Assembly (NCBI GenBank): GCA_027593235.1
Contig: JAQCIU010000006.1
Coordinates: 1-64,000, forward strand
Source: Chloroflexota bacterium
GTDB lineage: Bacteria; Chloroflexota; Dehalococcoidia; UBA2979
DNA: 64,000 nucleotides
Direction of reading: 5' to 3'
The notes below the pieces were generated by a model that saw only the letters and a list, made by a program, of their open reading frames with translations, was not told the DNA's origin and made no database searches. The translations under genes and the position numbers were made by a program. Below, in pieces: positions 45,875-58,297 of the stretch. Each line of letters starts with the position of its first letter. The first letter of the stretch is position 1.

Positions 45875-46885
45875 GTGCTTACCGAGCGCCGCTCCGCGAT
45901 CCTGGGACTCGTCATCGACGAGTACGTGGCAACAGCCATACCTGTCAGTTCGCGCGCGCTGGTCAACCGGCACGGCCTGAACGTCTCCACCGCCACCATC
46001 CGCAACGAACTCGCGCTACTGGAGGAGGACGGCTACATCACGCATCCGTACACCTCTGCCGGTCGCGTCCCCTCGGATCGCGGCTACCGCCACTACGTCG
46101 AAGTGCTGATGGCCGAAGAGCCAGTCGGCCCCGACGAGCAGCGCACCATCGAGCACCAGCTCCACCAGGTCCGTGGCGGCCTCGACGAGTGGCTCAGCCT
46201 GACCGCCACCATCCTCGCCACCGCCGTCGACTGTGTCGCCGTGGTGACCCGCCCGCGCGCCGAGGATGCCCGCCTCAAGCACGCCCAGCTCGTAGAACTG
46301 CAGGGCGATCTGGCGCTGCTGGTCGCCGTCATGGCCGACGGTCGCGTGCGCCAGAGCATGGTCACCATCACCACCCCGCTCAACCAGAGCCAGCTCAACG
46401 CACGCGCCGAACAACTCAACCTGCTGCTCGGCGGCGCCGATCGCGCCGCTGCCCTCGAGGCCGCCAGCACCCAGGAGGACGTGAACAACACCCGCATCCT
46501 CACCGCGATCGCGGCGCTCATCGGTGAGCAGCGCGTCGCGGAAGAGACCTACCTCGACGGCCTCCAGATCGTGCTCCAGCAACCGGAGTTCCATGACGTC
46601 GAGCGTCTCCGCGTCGCCGTCGATCGACTGAACGCCTACGACGTACGCGGCCTCGTCGAGCACGCCGGCGCCGCCGATATCGGCGAGACCCGCGTGCTCA
46701 TCGGCGAAGAGCACGGCGACGTTGCCATGCGCGACTGGAGTGTCGTGCTCGCCAGCTACGGGGACGGCGAAACCAACGGGATGGTCGCCGTCCTGGGACC
46801 AACGCGCATGCACTACCAGCGCTCGATTCCGCGCGTGCGATACGTCGCGTCGCTGATGAGTTCGCTGCTCCACGACGTGCGCTAA
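45875..46885 (+). CDS. hrcA: Heat-inducible transcription repressor
   Basis: PVSS, STATIRNE, PYTSAGRVPSDRGYR.YV, LGPTRM.Y; preceded by CIRCE. Confidence 0.97.
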   Translation: MLTERRSAILGLVIDEYVATAIPVSSRALVNRHGLNVSTATIRNELALLEEDGYITHPYTSAGRVPSDRGYRHYVEVLMAEEPVGPDEQRTIEHQLHQVRGGLDEWLSLTATILATAVDCVAVVTRPRAEDARLKHAQLVELQGDLALLVAVMADGRVRQSMVTITTPLNQSQLNARAEQLNLLLGGADRAAALEAASTQEDVNNTRILTAIAALIGEQRVAEETYLDGLQIVLQQPEFHDVERLRVAVDRLNAYDVRGLVEHAGAADIGETRVLIGEEHGDVAMRDWSVVLASYGDGETNGMVAVLGPTRMHYQRSIPRVRYVASLMSSLLHDVR

Positions 46886-46909
46886 GCACCACCGCCAGGG
46901 ATATGACGC

Positions 46910-47461
46910 ATGACTGACCAGCCGCTGCACGACGAGAGCGTTGACGATGACGCCGCCGGTGATCCGGTGGCGATCACCGACCCGCCCTCCGTCGCCGATC
47001 TCGAGGAGCGCGTCGCCGACCTCGAACAGGCCCAGGCGCGCGCGCTCGCTGACTACCGCAACCTGGAGCGCCGCACCGCCGAGGGCCGCGCGGAGCTTCG
47101 CCGCCTAACCACCGCCTCCGTCGTGATCAACCTCATCCCCGTCTACGACGACCTCACCCGTGCCCTCGACGCCGTCGCCAACGACATCGCCGATCACGAG
47201 TGGGTCGCCGGCATCACCATCATCCGCGACAAGTTCCGCGGTGTCCTCGATGCCACCGGCGCCTCGGAGATCGAAGCGCTCGGCAAGCCGTTCGATCCGC
47301 GCCAGCACGAGGCGCTCGGCTACGCCGCCGGCCCCGAGGGCCAGGTCGTTCACGTCATGCAGTCCGGCTGGGCGGTCGACGGACACGTCGTGCGCCCGGC
47401 GATGGTCATGGTCGGCAGCGGCGACGCTCCCGAACCATTCTCGATCGACGCCAACAGGTAA
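46910..47461 (+). CDS. grpE: Nucleotide exchange factor GrpE
   Basis: [23 protein letters not shown]; operon position. Confidence 0.95.
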   Translation: MTDQPLHDESVDDDAAGDPVAITDPPSVADLEERVADLEQAQARALADYRNLERRTAEGRAELRRLTTASVVINLIPVYDDLTRALDAVANDIADHEWVAGITIIRDKFRGVLDATGASEIEALGKPFDPRQHEALGYAAGPEGQVVHVMQSGWAVDGHVVRPAMVMVGSGDAPEPFSIDANR

Positions 47462-47538
47462 TACCGCGACCGGGCGCGCGTCCGCGTGCGCTGGTCCGTC
47501 ACAAACACAACGTACGTACGCAAAAGGATGCGTCCATC

Positions 47539-49443
<1,905 letters not shown>

Positions 49444-49456
49444 TCCCTCGCCACCC

Positions 49457-50179
49457 ATGAACCAGCACTTCGCGTTCGATCAGGTCTACAACTTCCGCGA
49501 CATGGGCGGCTATCGCGCCGCGGATGGACGCACCCTCCGCTGGCGCCGCCTGCTCCGCTCCGGCGAGCCGCTCCGCATGACCGACGCTGAAGCCGCCGGA
49601 CTCCGCGCCGAGGTGCCAATCGCCACGATCATCGACCTCCGCAGCGAGGGCGAAGCCAACCACCCGCGCGGCCTCGGTCCGCTCGCCGGCGCGCCCGTCA
49701 CGCGCCACCACTTCCCCATGGGCGATCCGCGCTCGAAGTTCGACGCGCGATCCTCGGGCGGTTGGGATCCGCGCTACCAGGACCTCCTCGAGGCACGCGG
49801 CGAATCATGGGCCTCGATCATCCGCATCCTCGCCGATGACGCCGCGTACCCGGCGCTCTTCCACTGCGTGACCGGGAAGGATCGCACCGGCGTACTCGGC
49901 GCGCTCATCCTCGATCTGCTCGGCGTCGACGAGGACACCATCCTCCAGGACTTCGGGCTCAGTCAGCTCGGCATGGACCGCTTGGTCGCCGATCTGCGCG
50001 CGCGCGGAAAAATAACCGATGACAACCCGCCCAACCCCGCGCTCGGCGTACCCGTCGAGGCCATGGAAGCCATGCTCGAGGTCCTGCGCACACGCCACGG
50101 CGGCGCCGCCGCGTTCCTCGGGAAACACGGTGTCGATGATCAAACCCTGGAGCAGCTCGTCGAACTGCTCCTCGAATAG
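49457..50179 (+). CDS. Protein-tyrosine phosphatase-like (Y_phosphatase3/MptpB-like)
   Basis: NFRDMGGY, IIDLRS, HCVTGKDRTG (CX5R). Confidence 0.93.
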   Translation: MNQHFAFDQVYNFRDMGGYRAADGRTLRWRRLLRSGEPLRMTDAEAAGLRAEVPIATIIDLRSEGEANHPRGLGPLAGAPVTRHHFPMGDPRSKFDARSSGGWDPRYQDLLEARGESWASIIRILADDAAYPALFHCVTGKDRTGVLGALILDLLGVDEDTILQDFGLSQLGMDRLVADLRARGKITDDNPPNPALGVPVEAMEAMLEVLRTRHGGAAAFLGKHGVDDQTLEQLVELLLE

Positions 50180-50281
50180 CCATTTCCGAGGGCGTTCGCT
50201 GACAATGGACGCGCGTCGCTCACTGCTAAACTGGACGTTCATGCGACGCCGAAACCGCGGTGTCGCCCCCGCAATACCCGG

Positions 50282-51394
50282 ATGCCGATGACCACTCAGC
50301 AAGACCCGTACTCAGTGCTTGGCGTGACGCGGGATGCCTCTGCCGAGGACATCAAGCGCGCCTTCCGCAAACTCGCCATGGAGTTCCACCCCGATCGCAA
50401 CAAGACAGACGGCGCCGAGACCCGCTTCAAGTCCGTGAACGCCGCCTATGAGGTGCTCTCCGATCCGGAGAAGCGCGCCCGCTTCGATCGCTTCGGCCAG
50501 GCCGAAGGCGGTGGCCAGGGCTTCGCCGGCTTCGAATCCATGGGCGGCTTCGGCGACATCTTCGATGCCTTCTTCCGCGGCACCGCCGCACGCCGCGCCG
50601 GCCCCCAGCGCGGCGGCGATCTCGAGGCCCGCCTCACCATCCAGTTCGAGGACTCGATCTTCGGCGCCGAAAAAGAGATCACCTTCCACCGCACGGAGAA
50701 CTGCCCCGACTGCCGCGGTTCCGGCCAGCGCAACGGCGCGCCCCGCGACACCTGCGAGGCCTGCCAGGGCAACGGCGAAATCCGCCGCGTCCAGCAGTCG
50801 CTCTTCGGCCAGTACGTCAACGTCGCCGCATGCCCCACCTGTAGCGGCGAGGGCAGCGTCGTCACCGACGCCTGCTCCACCTGCAAGGGCCAGGGACAGC
50901 GGCGGGTCCGCGTCAGCCAGCACATCAAGGTCCCCGCTGGCGTCGAGGGCGGCTCCCAGATCCGCTTCGCCGGTCAGGGCGATGCCGGTGCCCGCGGCGG
51001 CCCCGGCGGCAACCTCTACATCGAGCTACAGGTCGAGCCGCATGAGCTCTTCACCCGCTCCGATCGCAACCTCATCTACGAACTGCCCCTCAACATCGCC
51101 CAGGCCGCGCTCGGCACCACCAGCAAGGTCCCGACGATCGACGGCGACGAGATCGAACTCGAACTCAAGCCCGGTACGCAGCACGGCGAAATGCACACCA
51201 TCAAAGAGCGCGGCGTCCCGCACCTACGCGGCGCCGGTCGCGGCGATCTGCTCGTGCGTACGCACGTCGTCACGCCCAAGAAGCTCTCCGAGGATCAGAA
51301 GGAACTGCTGCTCAAGCTCGCCGAATCGCTCGGTACCCCCGAGGTGCCGGAGGACAGCTCGATCTTCGATCGCATCCGCGGAGCCTTCGGCTAG
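50282..51394 (+). CDS. dnaJ: Chaperone DnaJ
   Basis: J domain with HPD, G/F-rich region, four CxxCxGxG repeats. Confidence 0.97.
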   Translation: MPMTTQQDPYSVLGVTRDASAEDIKRAFRKLAMEFHPDRNKTDGAETRFKSVNAAYEVLSDPEKRARFDRFGQAEGGGQGFAGFESMGGFGDIFDAFFRGTAARRAGPQRGGDLEARLTIQFEDSIFGAEKEITFHRTENCPDCRGSGQRNGAPRDTCEACQGNGEIRRVQQSLFGQYVNVAACPTCSGEGSVVTDACSTCKGQGQRRVRVSQHIKVPAGVEGGSQIRFAGQGDAGARGGPGGNLYIELQVEPHELFTRSDRNLIYELPLNIAQAALGTTSKVPTIDGDEIELELKPGTQHGEMHTIKERGVPHLRGAGRGDLLVRTHVVTPKKLSEDQKELLLKLAESLGTPEVPEDSSIFDRIRGAFG

Positions 51395-51400
51395 CGCCCC

Positions 51401-52333
51401 ATGACCAACGATCGCTGGATCGAGATCACCGTTCGGGTCCCCCCGGACGATGTCGATCCCGTGGCGAGCATCCTCACCGACTTCACCGGGCAGCCCGTCG
51501 CGATCGAACCGCAGATCCGCCGCATCGAAGGCATCGAGTTCGGCTATGAGGAACTCGACGCCCCGGTCACCGTCCGCGCCTACGCCGAGCCTCCGCTCCC
51601 GGACAGCCAGCGCGACGCCATCGAGGCCGCACTCGCCGCCCTCCTCCTCAGCGCCCCCGTCGAACCACCGACCTACCGTCCGCTCGATCCCACCGACTGG
51701 TCCGAGGAGTGGAAGCGCTTCTACGACGTCCAGCACGTTGGCGGCCGCCTCGTCGTGCGCCCCTCCTGGCTGGAGTACGCACCACGCGAGGGTGAGGTCG
51801 TCGTCGAACTCGACCCCGGCACCGCGTTCGGGACTGGCCAGCACGAGACGACGCGCCTCTGCCTCGCCGCGATCGAGCGCCATCTCCGGCCCGGCGAGTC
51901 CGTCCTCGATGTTGGTTGTGGCTCCGGCATCCTCGCCATCGCCGCCGCCAAACTCGGCGCCGGGCGCATCCGCGCCATCGATGTCGATCCCGACACCATC
52001 GCGGTCACCCAGGCCAACGCGGCGATCAACGACGTCCACACCATCGAGGCAGCGGCGGGCTCTGTTGGCGACGCCTGGCCCTGGCCCGACGACCCGGCGC
52101 GGGGAGTCGAACTCCTCGTGCTCAACATCTCATCGCGGGCCGTGCTGTTGTTCCTGCCCGAGGTGATCGCCGCGCTCGCGCCCGACGGACGTGCCATCCT
52201 CAGCGGCTTCCTCGCGCGCGACGCCGGCGAGATCGAAGCCGCCGTCATCGCCGCCGGCCTCCACATTATCGAGGTCACGCCGGAGCTCGAGTGGTGCGCG
52301 ATCGTCGCCGAACGCCAACCCGCTACTCGCTGA
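51401..52333 (+). CDS. prmA: Ribosomal protein L11 methyltransferase
   Basis: DW...WK, LDPGTAFGTGQHETT, LDVGCGSGIL; follows dnaJ. Confidence 0.95.
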   Translation: MTNDRWIEITVRVPPDDVDPVASILTDFTGQPVAIEPQIRRIEGIEFGYEELDAPVTVRAYAEPPLPDSQRDAIEAALAALLLSAPVEPPTYRPLDPTDWSEEWKRFYDVQHVGGRLVVRPSWLEYAPREGEVVVELDPGTAFGTGQHETTRLCLAAIERHLRPGESVLDVGCGSGILAIAAAKLGAGRIRAIDVDPDTIAVTQANAAINDVHTIEAAAGSVGDAWPWPDDPARGVELLVLNISSRAVLLFLPEVIAALAPDGRAILSGFLARDAGEIEAAVIAAGLHIIEVTPELEWCAIVAERQPATR

Positions 52334-53474
52334 AGTCGACCTCGGTCCAGGTGATCGGGTCCACGTTCACGCCGTAAATCGTCAACTCCCAGTGCAGGTG
52401 CGGTCCCGTCGACAGCCCCGTCGACCCCATCTCGCCCAGCACCATCCCGGGCGTCACCGCTTGCCCCACCTCGACGAGAATCGCCTGCAGGTGGTGGTAC
52501 CCCGTCTTCACCCCGCCCCCGTGATCGACGATCACCGAGTTCCCGCGGATCGGCATCTCGCCGGTCCAGGCCACGCGCCCGGCCGCCGCCGCCCGGATCG
52601 GCGTGCACGCCTCATTCGCGATATCGGCGCCAGAGTGGAACCCGCCAAAGGGACCGCCGTTGATCGACCGGCCTTGCCCGAACTCCGTCGTCGGATATCC
52701 CTGGACCGGCACCAGAAAGAGCCCGTCCCAGCGGCGCTGACGATCGAAGCTCAGGAACTGCTCGTTCCGCAGCCGTGCCTCCAGCACCGCCGCCCCCGGC
52801 GTCAGCACTGCCCCCTGCTCCTCGGTCAGCGCCAGGTAGTCGACAGGGCGATCGACGGTGACGATCTCGAACGGCACCGCGCGCTCCTCGATCACCGTGC
52901 CGAAGTCATCGCGCAACGTCAGCAGGAGCTCGGTCGTCCCCAGGGCTGCATTCAAGGGAATCCCCACCACGCCGAAGAGCGTCCCGCCGTCCTCGGCCAG
53001 CAACGGCGAGGACACGCCGTTCGCCACCACCGCTCCGCTTCCCGCCTCCGGTGCGAACACGCGGATCGCGAACGTCTCGCCGATCCCGACCGCCTCCGCA
53101 CTGAGCCTCACGCGGGGCGGAGCCTCGGTTGGCGTCGCCGTCGGTGCCAACGTCGCCGTCCCCGCAGCGCCCGTCGCGCTGGCCCCGGCGGTGCCAGTCG
53201 CGGCCGCGGCGCCACCGGAGCCCAACAACGGCGTCGCGCTCGCACCTGCGGTCGCGGTCGCCGTCACGAACGTCACATCGCCATTGTTTGCGGCGCCTCG
53301 GTCGGCGAAGAACACCGCCGCCGCCGCGCCCAGCAGCGCCACCCCAACGAGCGCCGTCGCCCAGCGCACCGGCCTCCGGCCATGCCGATCGCCTGAGTCT
53401 CGGTCCACTGCAGGGCGGTCATCGGGGGGCGGGGCACCGGAAACGGTGCCGTGCGAGTCGGGACCAGTCGTCAC
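52323..53474 (-). CDS. Membrane-anchored M23 peptidase
   Basis: TM, Ala/Thr linker, HSGAD, DHG.G, STGLSTGPHLHWE. Confidence 0.9.
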   Translation of the reverse strand: MTTGPDSHGTVSGAPPPDDRPAVDRDSGDRHGRRPVRWATALVGVALLGAAAAVFFADRGAANNGDVTFVTATATAGASATPLLGSGGAAAATGTAGASATGAAGTATLAPTATPTEAPPRVRLSAEAVGIGETFAIRVFAPEAGSGAVVANGVSSPLLAEDGGTLFGVVGIPLNAALGTTELLLTLRDDFGTVIEERAVPFEIVTVDRPVDYLALTEEQGAVLTPGAAVLEARLRNEQFLSFDRQRRWDGLFLVPVQGYPTTEFGQGRSINGGPFGGFHSGADIANEACTPIRAAAAGRVAWTGEMPIRGNSVIVDHGGGVKTGYHHLQAILVEVGQAVTPGMVLGEMGSTGLSTGPHLHWELTIYGVNVDPITWTEVDFSE

Positions 53475-53677
53475 GGCCGGTGCAGTCCTTACGGTCGGGT
53501 CCCGGGGTCATTCCCATCCTACGACTGGTGAGGAACCTCACGAGCCCGCCTGACGTTTTGTGATTGGCTATACTTCGGGAACCACGGTGGCCGGCAGGTC
53601 GCCTCGCTCAACAACAATCGTTGTCCGCCGCCGGTAGCCCGGTCGGACGGACGCTCGACAGACCGCGGGGAGGTCAC

Positions 53678-54634
53678 GTGGAAGATCCCAAACTCGTCGC
53701 CGAACGCATCCTCGACAACGTCGAGCGCGTCATCATCGGCAAACAGCACGAAGCTCGTCTCGCGCTCATCACGCTCATCTGCCGCGGGCACCTCCTCATC
53801 GAGGACGTCCCCGGCGTCGGCAAGACGATGCTCGCGCGCGCACTCGCCCGTTCCGTCGGTTGTCGGTTCTCGCGGATCCAGTTCACCCCGGACCTGCTGC
53901 CCTCGGACGTCACCGGAGTCTCGATCTACCAGCAGCAGACCGGCGGCTTCGAGTTCCGCCCCGGCCCGATCATGGCCGAGGTCGTTCTCGCCGACGAGGT
54001 GAACCGCGCCACCCCGAAGACCCAGTCCGCGCTGCTCGAGGCGATGGAAGAGGATCAGGTCACCGTCGACGGTGTCACGCACCGCCTCCCCGAGCCGTTC
54101 ATGGTCATGGCCACCCAGAACCCGATTGAGTACGAAGGCACCTTCCCGCTGCCGGAAGCCCAGCTCGATCGCTTCATGCTCCGCATCCACCTCGGGTACC
54201 CGTCGCCAACCGACGAGGTCCTGATCATGGACGCACAACAGAACCGCCACCCAATCGAGTCCCTCCCCGAGGTCACAAGCCGCGCCGAGGTCGTCGAACT
54301 GCAGGGTGCCGTACGCCAGATCTACGTCGACCCGCTCATCAAGAAGTACATCGTCAGTCTGGTCACCGCGACGCGGGAACACGAGAGCGTGTACCTCGGT
54401 TCCTCGCCGCGCGGCTCGCTCGCGCTGATGCGCGTCGCCCAGGCGTACGCCCTCCTCGAGGGTCGCGACTTCGTGCAGCCGGACGACGTCAAACTGCTCG
54501 CCTACGCCACCCTCGGTCACCGTGTGATCGTCAGCCCCGGCGCGCGCGTGCGTGAGATCGACAGCGCCCAGATCGTCGACGAGGCGATCGAACGGGTACC
54601 CGTCCCGGGCGTCCGGGCACGCGGCGGCGCCTGA
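53678..54634 (+). CDS. moxR: MoxR family AAA+ ATPase (TGase-operon type)
   Basis: [63 protein letters not shown] precedes GTG 53678. Confidence 0.95.
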   Translation: MEDPKLVAERILDNVERVIIGKQHEARLALITLICRGHLLIEDVPGVGKTMLARALARSVGCRFSRIQFTPDLLPSDVTGVSIYQQQTGGFEFRPGPIMAEVVLADEVNRATPKTQSALLEAMEEDQVTVDGVTHRLPEPFMVMATQNPIEYEGTFPLPEAQLDRFMLRIHLGYPSPTDEVLIMDAQQNRHPIESLPEVTSRAEVVELQGAVRQIYVDPLIKKYIVSLVTATREHESVYLGSSPRGSLALMRVAQAYALLEGRDFVQPDDVKLLAYATLGHRVIVSPGARVREIDSAQIVDEAIERVPVPGVRARGGA

Positions 54635-54641
54635 GTCTCTG

Positions 54642-55904
54642 ATGGGAATCGGGAAGCTGGTCGGTGTCATCCGCCGCTACCCGAGCGCCGCGATCGCCCT
54701 CAGCCTCGGCGTCGTCTGCGTCGTGCTCGGCTTCGCGACCGGCTTCTGGTTGCTCTTCCGCCTCGCCTACATCGTCGCCGTCGCCGTCCCGGCGCTCTAC
54801 TTCTGGACCCGCTCGATGTCGCGCGGGCTGGAAGTCGAAGTGCTGCGCAAGACCCACCGCGTGACGCAGGGCCAGAACCTGGAAGGCCGCGTCATCATCC
54901 GCTCTCGCTCGCGCCTGCCGAAGCTCTGGCTGGAGGTGGAGGATCAGTCCTCGGTGCCCAACCACGCCGCACGGCGCGTCGTCACCCTCGGCGCGCACGG
55001 CGTCGCCACCTGGAACTACGCCACCCCGGCGCGCCTCCGCGGCCTCTACGAACTCGGGCCGCTCCGCATCATCGCCACGGACCCCTTCGGATTCTTCCGC
55101 ATGGAGCGCGAGTTCGGGCAGACCGCCTCCGTGCTCGTCTACCCCAACGCTCCGGAGCTGCCCAACTTCTACATCCCGCCGGCCAACCTGCCCGGTGAAG
55201 GCCGCTTCCGGCGCCGCACCCACAACGTCACGCCCAACGTTTCCGGTATCCGCGAATACGCCCCCGGCGATTCGTTCAACCGCATCCACTGGCCGGCCAC
55301 CGCTCGCGCCGGTCGCCCGATGGTGAAGCAGTTCGAGCTCGATCCCGCATCCGATATCTGGATCGTCCTCGATCTCCAGCGCTCCCAGCACGTCGGCAGC
55401 GGCGAAGACAGCACCGAGGAAGGCGCGGTCCAGATCTGCGCCTCGATCGCGCGCTACTTCATCAACGCCAACCGCTCGGTCGGCATGATCTCCTTCGGCA
55501 GCGACCTCCGCATCGACGAACCCGATCGAGGCCAGAACCACTACACCCGGATCCTCGAATCACTCGCCCTCGCCCGCGCGACCGGCGACGTGCCGCTGAC
55601 CAACCTGATCATCGAGGAATCGCGACGCTTCGGCCGTCACACCACCGTGGTCGTCGTCACGCCGTCCACCGATACCGACTGGGCGCTGACCCTCACCGGC
55701 CTGTCCGCCCGCGGCGTCAAGGTCGCCGCCGTCCTGCTGGAAGCCAACACCTACGGCGAAGCACCCAGCGCGCTGGATGTCTACAGCACCCTCGCCGCCG
55801 GCGGCGTCTACTCCTACACCGTGAAGCACCAGGACGACCTCGGTCGTGCGCTGGGCGCCGGCGCTGAGCGCGCGATTCAGCAGTACGAGGGCGCGCGGCC
55901 ATGA
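54642..55904 (+). CDS. DUF58 protein with N-terminal TMs
   Basis: DPFG, VYP, REYAPGD...RIHW..TAR, MVKQFE. Confidence 0.92.
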   Translation: MGIGKLVGVIRRYPSAAIALSLGVVCVVLGFATGFWLLFRLAYIVAVAVPALYFWTRSMSRGLEVEVLRKTHRVTQGQNLEGRVIIRSRSRLPKLWLEVEDQSSVPNHAARRVVTLGAHGVATWNYATPARLRGLYELGPLRIIATDPFGFFRMEREFGQTASVLVYPNAPELPNFYIPPANLPGEGRFRRRTHNVTPNVSGIREYAPGDSFNRIHWPATARAGRPMVKQFELDPASDIWIVLDLQRSQHVGSGEDSTEEGAVQICASIARYFINANRSVGMISFGSDLRIDEPDRGQNHYTRILESLALARATGDVPLTNLIIEESRRFGRHTTVVVVTPSTDTDWALTLTGLSARGVKVAAVLLEANTYGEAPSALDVYSTLAAGGVYSYTVKHQDDLGRALGAGAERAIQQYEGARP

Positions 55905-58297
55905 GCTCCGTCTCCTGGGAAACGCTCTACCGCCCCTCGGAACGCGATCCGTTCGAGAAGCGCGGCGGCGTGCTCGGCCTCATCGGCAATACCGAGCGCT
56001 GGCTCAACCTGTTGCTCCTCTTCGTCGCCCTGCTGGCGATGAGCAACTCCCTCGAGAGCGCCAACTGGGTCGAGGAGATGCCCTCGCTCACCCTCACCGT
56101 CATCTTCGGCCTCGCCGGCGGTTGGCTGGTCTCCCAGCTACCCGGTCGCGCCTCGCTGCTCCAGATCCTCGGCGTCGGAATCGGCCTCGTCGGCGTCGTC
56201 GCCATCGTCATGGCGAACATGGCGCTCACTGATCCGCTGCTCGGTACCGGCATCGGCGCGCGCCGCGCGGAGCTGGTGTTGCGGCTGCAGGACTGGGCGT
56301 CGGCACTCCTCAGCGGCGGCGTCTCCAGCGATCCGCTGCCATTCGTACTCATGCTCGTCTTCTCCACCTGGGCGGTCGCCTACCTCGCCGCCTGGGCCGT
56401 CGTCCGTTGGCGCAACGCCTGGGTCGCGCTGATCCCGCCGGGCTTCATCCTGCTCACCAACATCTCTTACCTCCCGGGGCAGCCGTCGCTGCACTTCGTC
56501 GTCTTCCTCTTCGCCTCGGTGTTGCTCGTCCTCCAGCTCCACTTCGCGCGGGCGCTCGGGCGCTGGCGTGAGGAGCGCATCGCCTGGCCCGACCTCATGT
56601 CCATGGAAGTCGCGTTCGCCGGCGTCTGGATCTCGCTCGCGCTGATCGTCGGCGCATGGCTCATCCCCACCGCGAACAACTGGGGACCGGTCGCCGATCT
56701 CTGGAACCGCGCCGTCGCCCCGGTGAGCGGCCGTGTCGAAGGCCTCGGGCGTGTCTTCATCGGCGTCTCGTCGAAGCGCGACATACCCGTCCATGCCTTC
56801 GGCGAAGTGCTCCCACTTCAGGGCAAGGTCACACTCAGCTCCACCCCGCTGATGGAGGTCAGTTCCGACGAGCCTGGCCACCTCCGCGGCGCCGTCTACG
56901 ACGAGTACACCGGCACCGGCTGGCGGAACTCGGGCGTCACCACCCAGCCGCTGCTCGGCACGACCATCGAGGCCGCCGCGTTCGGTACCACGCTCTCGCA
57001 GGCGCAGCTCCGCCGCCCGGTCACGCTCACCGTCACCGTGCTCGGCCCGGTCCCGGATCGCCGCATGCTCTCCCCCGGCGATCCAATCGCCTCCGACGTC
57101 GCGGGCGATCTCCTCTTCGGGGGCGGTCCCGCGGACATCGTCGGAATCGCACCCCAGGATCGCCTCCGCGAGGGCGACACCTACGTCGTCGTCGGCGCCG
57201 TCTCCGCCGCCGCGATCGACACGCTGCTCGCGACCGGTACCGACTACCCCGCCGGCATTCGCGATCGCTACCTCCAGCTCCCCAACGATCTCCCGCCCGA
57301 AATCGCCGCTCTCTCCCAGAGCCTCGCCGGCGGGCAGCACCCGTTCGCCGCCGCCCGCATCATCGAGGACTACCTGCGGGTCAATTACCCGTACTCGATC
57401 GACGTCTCCGACCCGCCCCCGCTCCGTGACGCCATCGATCACTTCCTCTTCGACTCGCAGGCCGGCTACTTCGATCACCACGCCGCCGCGATGGCCGTCA
57501 TGCTGCGCACGCTCGGCATCCCCACGCGCATGGCCGCGGGCTTCTCCCTCGATGAGGACAACTTCGACGCCACGAGCAAGACCTACACGCTGACCGAAAA
57601 GGACGCGTGGGCTTGGACCGAGGTCTACTTCGACGGCCTCGGCTGGGTCGAGTTCAACCCCACTCCCGGCCGCGATCTGGTCGCCCGACCAGGCGACGAC
57701 ACCGCGCTGCGCCAGCCGCTCGCCACAACCGGCAGTGGCATCACTGTTGACGAGGAAGCGCTGCTCAACGAACTGGAACTGCTGTTCGGCTCCGAGGCGG
57801 CTGCTGCCGTGGACCTCGCTGCCCTGGAGTCAACCAACTCCAGCTCCGGTATCGGGTCGGTGATCGTGCAAGCGCTGACGCTGCTGGTCATCCTCGGCGT
57901 CGTCGTTTTCGCCGCCGGTATCGGCTTCCGCTTCGCCTGGGAGTACCAACTGCGCGCACTCGCGCCGGCGCAGCGCCGTTGGGCCAAGCTCCAGCGCATC
58001 ACCGCCTGGGCTGGCATCGAGCCGCGCGTCACCCGCACCCCGCTCGAGTGGGCCCACGAGGTCGCCGCCACCACCGGTGAGCCCGCCGCCTTCGATGCGA
58101 TCGCCCGCGACTACACCCGCGCCCGCTACGGCCTCGAGGCCGCGCCGCCCTCCGAGGAGGCCGCGACCGCCCTCCACGAGAGCTACCGCCTCGCGCGCAA
58201 CCGGCTCTGGCGCCGCGTCTTCAGCCGGTTCATCCCGTTCCGCCGACGCAGCTCAGCGGTCGCCGAATCCGCCGCGGCTCGATCCGACTCCGTCTAG
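55901..58297 (+). CDS. TgpA-like multi-TM transglutaminase-domain protein with altered catalytic triad
   Basis: N-terminal TMs, LRG.VYD.Y.G.GW, AMAVMLRTLGIP.R...GF, AW.EVYF...GWV.F.PTP, DUF4129-like tail. Confidence 0.9.
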   Translation: MSSVSWETLYRPSERDPFEKRGGVLGLIGNTERWLNLLLLFVALLAMSNSLESANWVEEMPSLTLTVIFGLAGGWLVSQLPGRASLLQILGVGIGLVGVVAIVMANMALTDPLLGTGIGARRAELVLRLQDWASALLSGGVSSDPLPFVLMLVFSTWAVAYLAAWAVVRWRNAWVALIPPGFILLTNISYLPGQPSLHFVVFLFASVLLVLQLHFARALGRWREERIAWPDLMSMEVAFAGVWISLALIVGAWLIPTANNWGPVADLWNRAVAPVSGRVEGLGRVFIGVSSKRDIPVHAFGEVLPLQGKVTLSSTPLMEVSSDEPGHLRGAVYDEYTGTGWRNSGVTTQPLLGTTIEAAAFGTTLSQAQLRRPVTLTVTVLGPVPDRRMLSPGDPIASDVAGDLLFGGGPADIVGIAPQDRLREGDTYVVVGAVSAAAIDTLLATGTDYPAGIRDRYLQLPNDLPPEIAALSQSLAGGQHPFAAARIIEDYLRVNYPYSIDVSDPPPLRDAIDHFLFDSQAGYFDHHAAAMAVMLRTLGIPTRMAAGFSLDEDNFDATSKTYTLTEKDAWAWTEVYFDGLGWVEFNPTPGRDLVARPGDDTALRQPLATTGSGITVDEEALLNELELLFGSEAAAAVDLAALESTNSSSGIGSVIVQALTLLVILGVVVFAAGIGFRFAWEYQLRALAPAQRRWAKLQRITAWAGIEPRVTRTPLEWAHEVAATTGEPAAFDAIARDYTRARYGLEAAPPSEEAATALHESYRLARNRLWRRVFSRFIPFRRRSSAVAESAAARSDSV

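Noticed and set aside
47200-47538. N-terminal extensions given by the ORF track (dnaK; likewise ileS, rimO, fbp, moxR, BKACE)
   Set aside because: They overlap upstream genes or leaders; family N-termini and RBS positions point to the downstream starts used here.
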